Shown piece after piece: positions 59,413-64,000 of a DNA stretch of 64,000 bases (positions within the stretch are counted from its first letter, which is position 1; each line of letters begins with the position of its first letter). The stretch is from assembly GCA_944375815.1 (NCBI GenBank), contig CALWBA010000107.1:1083-65082 (forward strand). The letters run 5' to 3'. The position numbers and the translations under genes are program-made. The notes under the pieces are model-generated. The model saw only the letters and a list, made by a program, of their open reading frames with translations, searched no databases and was not told the origin of the DNA. The DNA comes from an uncultured Lachnospiraceae bacterium (lineage in GTDB: Bacteria > Bacillota > Clostridia > Lachnospirales > Lachnospiraceae).

Positions 59413-59428
59413 TAAAGGAGGTGAACAG

Positions 59429-60016
59429 ATGACTACCGAGGAAAAATTACAGCATTTCTTTGATTATTCCATAAGCCGCGCCGAACAGGAGGCTGCCGAG
59501 ACAATCTCAGAGCATCAAAAGGCGCTGGACACCATGTTCGAGGAGCACTGCTCTACCAGACGCCGGCAGGCAGAAGCATATCTGACAGCTGAGACAGAAC
59601 GCATCAAGCGCGAGATCAACAAGACTCTCTCCTCCCGTCAGCTTCATATCCGCCAGGAGCTTTCCGCCAAACAGCAGGAACTCCGAGAAAAACTTTTTTC
59701 AGAGGTTCAGATGCTTATGACAGCATATAAATCCGATCCCGGATACCTCGATTTTCTCTGCCGCAAGGTGCAGGAGGCAGAGCGCTATGCCGACGGTACA
59801 AAACTGACCGTCTATCTCGACCGTTCAGATGAAGCGCTTGCAGATGAACTGACGCGCCGCACCGGGCATCCGGTGCAGATCGCACCGAAACCTTTTGGCG
59901 GCGGCATCCGCGCAGTTCTCTCCGACAAGAACATACTGATCGACAATTCCTACCTCACTCTTCTGAACGAGGAGAAAGAAAATTATCATTTCCATGGAGG
60001 TGCCCAGCATGAGTAA
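59429..60016 (+). CDS. V-type ATPase subunit E
   Basis: 195 aa. Long N-terminal helix plus a globular C-terminus. AAGGAGG SD. Confidence 0.75.
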   Translation: MTTEEKLQHFFDYSISRAEQEAAETISEHQKALDTMFEEHCSTRRRQAEAYLTAETERIKREINKTLSSRQLHIRQELSAKQQELREKLFSEVQMLMTAYKSDPGYLDFLCRKVQEAERYADGTKLTVYLDRSDEALADELTRRTGHPVQIAPKPFGGGIRAVLSDKNILIDNSYLTLLNEEKENYHFHGGAQHE

Positions 60017-61775
60017 AACCGGAATTATATACGGAATCAACGGACCTGTCGTATACTTAAAAGGCGACTCCGGTTTTCAGATGTCAGAAATGGTATACGT
60101 CGGGGAGCAGAAACTGGTAGGTGAGGTGATTGCCCTGCGCAAAGACACCACGACAGTGCAGGTATTTGAGGAGACCACAGGATTAAAGCCCGGAGCAGCG
60201 GTTACGTCTGCAGGCGGTCCCATCTCCGTAACACTTGGCCCGGGAATCCTCAACAATATTTTTGACGGCATCCAGCGCCCCTTAAGTGAGATTGCAAGGC
60301 AGTCCGGCAAATATATCTCCCGCGGCGTCAGTGTTTCCTCCCTGGATACAGAGCATCTCTGGGACGTGAAAGTCACGGTAAGCGAAGGGCAGCAGGTGAG
60401 CGGCGGAACAGTCATTGCCGAGACACAGGAAACGCATTCCATTGTCCATAAATCCATGGTTCCTCCAAATATAAAGGGAACCGTAAAGCGGGTTGTTCCG
60501 GATGGAAAGTATACAATCCTTGATCCGATCGTGACGCTTGAACTTGAAGACGGAACGGAGAAAGAACTGACATTATGCCAGAAATGGCCTATCCGGGTAC
60601 CGCGTCCGACACTGCACCGCTATCCCGCTTCCGTTCCTCTTATTACAGGGCAGCGAATTCTGGATACCATGTTCCCGATTGCCAAGGGCGGTACGGCAGC
60701 TGTCCCCGGAGGATTCGGTACCGGAAAAACCATGACGCAGCATCAGATCGCCAAGTGGTCAGATGCTGATATCATCGTATACATCGGCTGCGGCGAGCGA
60801 GGCAATGAGATGACGCAGGTTCTCGAGGAATTCGGAGAACTGAAAGATCCGAGAACAGGAAACCCGCTGATGGATCGTACCGCTCTGATTGCCAATACCT
60901 CAAACATGCCTGTTGCCGCGCGTGAGGCATCCATTTATACGGGTCTTACTCTGGCAGAGTATTACCGGGATATGGGCTACGATGTCGCTATCATGGCCGA
61001 TTCCACTTCCAGATGGGCAGAGGCGCTGCGTGAATTATCCGGACGCCTTGAGGAAATGCCCGCCGAGGAGGGATTTCCTGCCTATCTTGCCTCACGTCTC
61101 TCAGCATTTTATGAGCGCGCAGGCATGATGCAGAACTTAAACGGCAGCGAGGGCAGTGTATCCATTATCGGAGCTGTATCTCCTCAGGGCGGCGACTTCT
61201 CGGAGCCTGTCACACAGAATACAAAACGTTTCGTGCGCTGCTTCTGGGGACTTGACAAATCACTCGCATATGCCCGCCATTTCCCGGCAATTCACTGGCT
61301 GACAAGCTACAGTGAATACCTGACGGATCTGGCACCCTGGTATACCGAACATGTAAATAAAAACTTTATTGATCTTCGCAATCAGATCATGGCACTGCTG
61401 AATCAGGAGAGCAGTCTGATGGAAATCGTCAAGCTGATCGGAAGCGATGTACTACCGGATGATCAGAAGCTCGTGCTTGAGATTGCAAGAGTCATCCGCC
61501 TGGGCTTTCTGCAGCAGAATGCCTTCCATCCGGATGATACATGTGTACCGATGGAAAAGCAGTACAAGATGATGGAGACCATCCTTTATCTGTACCGGAA
61601 GTGCCGGGCACTTGTACTGATGGGAATGCCAATGTCCGTACTCAAAGAGGACAATATTTTTGAGAAAGTTATCGCAATCAAATATGACGTTCCGAACAGT
61701 AAGCCGGAACTGTTTGATACTTATATCCAGGCAATTGATACATTCTACGACAAGGTTCTGGAAAAGAACGGATAA
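60009..61775 (+). CDS. ntpA: V-type ATPase catalytic subunit A
   Basis: Walker A GGFGTGKT. Start at [14 protein letters not shown] after GGAGGTG. Confidence 0.95.
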   Translation: MSKTGIIYGINGPVVYLKGDSGFQMSEMVYVGEQKLVGEVIALRKDTTTVQVFEETTGLKPGAAVTSAGGPISVTLGPGILNNIFDGIQRPLSEIARQSGKYISRGVSVSSLDTEHLWDVKVTVSEGQQVSGGTVIAETQETHSIVHKSMVPPNIKGTVKRVVPDGKYTILDPIVTLELEDGTEKELTLCQKWPIRVPRPTLHRYPASVPLITGQRILDTMFPIAKGGTAAVPGGFGTGKTMTQHQIAKWSDADIIVYIGCGERGNEMTQVLEEFGELKDPRTGNPLMDRTALIANTSNMPVAAREASIYTGLTLAEYYRDMGYDVAIMADSTSRWAEALRELSGRLEEMPAEEGFPAYLASRLSAFYERAGMMQNLNGSEGSVSIIGAVSPQGGDFSEPVTQNTKRFVRCFWGLDKSLAYARHFPAIHWLTSYSEYLTDLAPWYTEHVNKNFIDLRNQIMALLNQESSLMEIVKLIGSDVLPDDQKLVLEIARVIRLGFLQQNAFHPDDTCVPMEKQYKMMETILYLYRKCRALVLMGMPMSVLKEDNIFEKVIAIKYDVPNSKPELFDTYIQAIDTFYDKVLEKNG

Positions 61776-61787
61776 GGAGGGAAAGAA

Positions 61788-63218
61788 ATGGCTATTTCAT
61801 ATCTTGGCTTAAGCGAAATCAATGGTCCTCTGGTCGTTCTGGAGGGCGTAAAGGACGCTGCCTTCGAGGAAATCGTAGAATTTACTGTAGACGGCTCTGA
61901 GAAAAAGCTGGGACGTATTATAGAAGTTTACGAGGATAAAGCAGTGATTCAGGTATTCGAGGGCACGGAGAGTATGGCTCTCACCAATACCCGCACCCAT
62001 CTGACCGGTCATCCGATGGAACTGGCTCTCTCCGGCGAAATCCTCGGCAGAACTTTTGACGGTATCGGAAAGCCCATTGACGGGCTGGGTCCGATCGATC
62101 CGGAGGCTATGGTCAATATCAACGGACTGCCTCTGAATCCTGTTAAAAGAGAGTATCCGAGAAACTATATCCGCACAGGAATCTCTGCTATCGACGGACT
62201 GACAACTCTGATCCGCGGGCAGAAGCTTCCCATTTTCTCCGGAAACGGTCTGCCGCATGACCGCCTTGCCGCACAGATTGTACAGCAGGCTTCTCTGGGA
62301 GGAGATACGGATGAAAAGTTCGCAATCGTCTTTGCGGCAATGGGTGTCAAATATGACGTAGCGGAGTTTTTCCGCCGTACATTCGAGGAGAGCGGTGTTT
62401 CAGATCATGTTGTCATGTTTCTGAATCTGGCCAACGATCCGGTCGTGGAACGTCTGATCACTCCGAAAGTAGCACTTACCGCAGCGGAGTATCTCGCATT
62501 TGAAAAAGGCATGCATATCCTGGTAATTCTGACCGATATCACCTCTTTCTGCGAGGCTATGCGTGAGGTGTCCTCCTCTAAGGGTGAAATTCCTTCCAGA
62601 AAAGGTTACCCCGGTTATCTCTACAGTGAACTCGCGACTCTGTATGAGCGCGCAGGTATCGTACGGGGCGGCTCCGGTTCGGTGACTCAGATCCCGATTC
62701 TGACCATGCCGAATGATGATATCACACATCCTATTCCGGACCTTACCGGATACATCACAGAGGGACAGATTGTACTCGACCGCCAGCTTCACGGGCAGGC
62801 AATCTATCCCCCGATCAACGTACTTCCCTCCCTCTCCCGTCTGATGAAAGACGGTATAGGAAAGGGATATACGCGAGAGGATCATCAGGATGTCGCAAAC
62901 CAGCTGTTCTCCTGCTATGCAAAAGTCGGAGATGCCCGGGCGCTCGCATCCGTCATAGGCGAAGATGAGCTCTCCCCGATCGACAAGAAATACCTTGTAT
63001 TCGGAAATGCCTTTGAGCATGAATTTGTCGGTCAGGGTGAGGCAGAAAACCGTACCATTGAAGATACACTGAAAATCGGCTGGGAGCTTCTGGGCATTCT
63101 GCCAAAAGAAGAACTCGACCGTATCGACACGAAAATCCTGAACCAGTATTATAAGCCCTCAGAGCGCGACTGGGCGGCAGACGCAAGAGCCCAGGCAGAC
63201 GCGCTGCGGCAGTCATAA
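61788..63218 (+). CDS. ntpB: V-type ATPase subunit B
   Basis: 476 aa. [13 protein letters not shown]...[16 protein letters not shown]. Confidence 0.95.
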   Translation: MAISYLGLSEINGPLVVLEGVKDAAFEEIVEFTVDGSEKKLGRIIEVYEDKAVIQVFEGTESMALTNTRTHLTGHPMELALSGEILGRTFDGIGKPIDGLGPIDPEAMVNINGLPLNPVKREYPRNYIRTGISAIDGLTTLIRGQKLPIFSGNGLPHDRLAAQIVQQASLGGDTDEKFAIVFAAMGVKYDVAEFFRRTFEESGVSDHVVMFLNLANDPVVERLITPKVALTAAEYLAFEKGMHILVILTDITSFCEAMREVSSSKGEIPSRKGYPGYLYSELATLYERAGIVRGGSGSVTQIPILTMPNDDITHPIPDLTGYITEGQIVLDRQLHGQAIYPPINVLPSLSRLMKDGIGKGYTREDHQDVANQLFSCYAKVGDARALASVIGEDELSPIDKKYLVFGNAFEHEFVGQGEAENRTIEDTLKIGWELLGILPKEELDRIDTKILNQYYKPSERDWAADARAQADALRQS

Positions 63219-63230
63219 AGGGGGGATTTC

Positions 63231-63857
63231 ATGGATCCGAATACCTTTCCTACCAAGGGAAATCTGATCCTCGCCAAAAACTCCCTGACACTCTCCCGGC
63301 AGGGCTTCGACCTTATGGACAAGAAGCGGAATATATTAATCCGGGAACTCATGGGACTGATCGAACAGGCGAAGGATATTCAGTCCAAGATCGATATCAC
63401 TTTCCGCGAGGCATATGCGGCGCTGCAAAAAGCAAATATGGAGATGGGTATTACAAACGTACAGACCATCTCCTACACTGTGCCCATTGAGGATTCCATC
63501 CGCATCAAAACGCGCAGTATCATGGGAACCGAAATCCCTCTGGTGGAATCTGAACCGTCAGACACAATACCGACCTATGCTTTCTACAGCACAAAAGAAT
63601 CTCTGGATCAGGCGCGGGCTGCATTTGAAAAAGTCAAAGAACTGACAATCCATCTGTCCATGGTGGAAAATTCTGCATACCGCCTCGCTGCCAGTATTAA
63701 AAAGACGCAGAAACGTGCCAATGCGCTGAAAAACATTACCATTCCGCATTACGAAATGCTTGTGAAAGATATTTCCAATGCGCTTGAGGAAAAGGAACGT
63801 GAAGAGTTCACAAGACTGAAGGTTATCAAGAGGCGGAAGCAAAAAGGTGCTTCCTGA
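63231..63857 (+). CDS. ntpD: V-type ATPase subunit D
   Basis: 208 aa. PTKGNLILAKNSLTLSRQGFDLMDKKRNILIRE. Confidence 0.9.
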   Translation: MDPNTFPTKGNLILAKNSLTLSRQGFDLMDKKRNILIRELMGLIEQAKDIQSKIDITFREAYAALQKANMEMGITNVQTISYTVPIEDSIRIKTRSIMGTEIPLVESEPSDTIPTYAFYSTKESLDQARAAFEKVKELTIHLSMVENSAYRLAASIKKTQKRANALKNITIPHYEMLVKDISNALEEKEREEFTRLKVIKRRKQKGAS

Positions 63858-63925
63858 GCAAAAAGAGGAAATCCGTATGATACGCAATGTCATTAAGTTA
63901 AGGCATTGAAAGGGAATGGCTCTTT

Positions 63926-63966
63926 AGAGAAGATTATGTATAAAAGCATAGTCTTCTCTTTTTTTG
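63926..63966 (+). terminator. Intrinsic terminator after the V-ATPase operon
   Basis: AGAGAAGA-N18-TCTTCTCT followed by TTTTTTT. Confidence 0.65.
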
Positions 63967-64000
63967 GTTTATTTTTCTAAAAACTGTTGACATATCTAAA

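Overview
This is a 64-kb chromosomal window from a mid-GC, spore-forming Firmicute. Gene content (spoVT, V-type ATPase, agr-like locus) suggests Clostridia, possibly Lachnospiraceae, but that is inference. Left to right the window holds: ptsH-ptsI; a trehalose PTS operon (treP-treC, divergent treR); a membrane-anchored HtrA protease; a compact retron; oleate hydratase plus a TetR regulator; a PNPOx-like gene; hsp20 copy 1; the folate operon (folC-folE-HD-folP-folBK); a LytTR regulator with an ABC-2 transporter; a 3 x 36-nt tandem hairpin repeat that may be an sRNA; an S51 peptidase; a Nudix hydrolase; and hsp20 copy 2, an exact 9,821-bp-offset direct duplication that includes promoter and leader. 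Next is an accessory agr-like quorum-sensing island: a LytTR response regulator, an AgrC-like kinase, an AgrD-like peptide ORF, a lipoprotein, a frameshifted agrB, an ABC transporter and a large polytopic membrane protein. It is followed by tuf-fusA-rpsG-rpsL; a ~7-kb insertion (three envelope proteins, a heterodimeric ABC exporter, MarR); rpoC-rpoB with its own promoter; spoVT; ybaK; alaX; crp/fnr; tRNA-Lys(CTT); trmB; and a nine-gene V-type ATPase operon. The strongest candidate for a new system is the retron at 7.33-8.57 kb. It has a promoter, an msr-msd ncRNA with a 15-bp a1/a2 stem and branching-G geometry, and a 322-aa retron-type RT. It sits between two terminators with no recognisable effector gene, and the a1-to-a2 interval has no stop codons in any + frame. 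All calls come from reading the sequence and the ORF translations. No database searches or folding programs were run.
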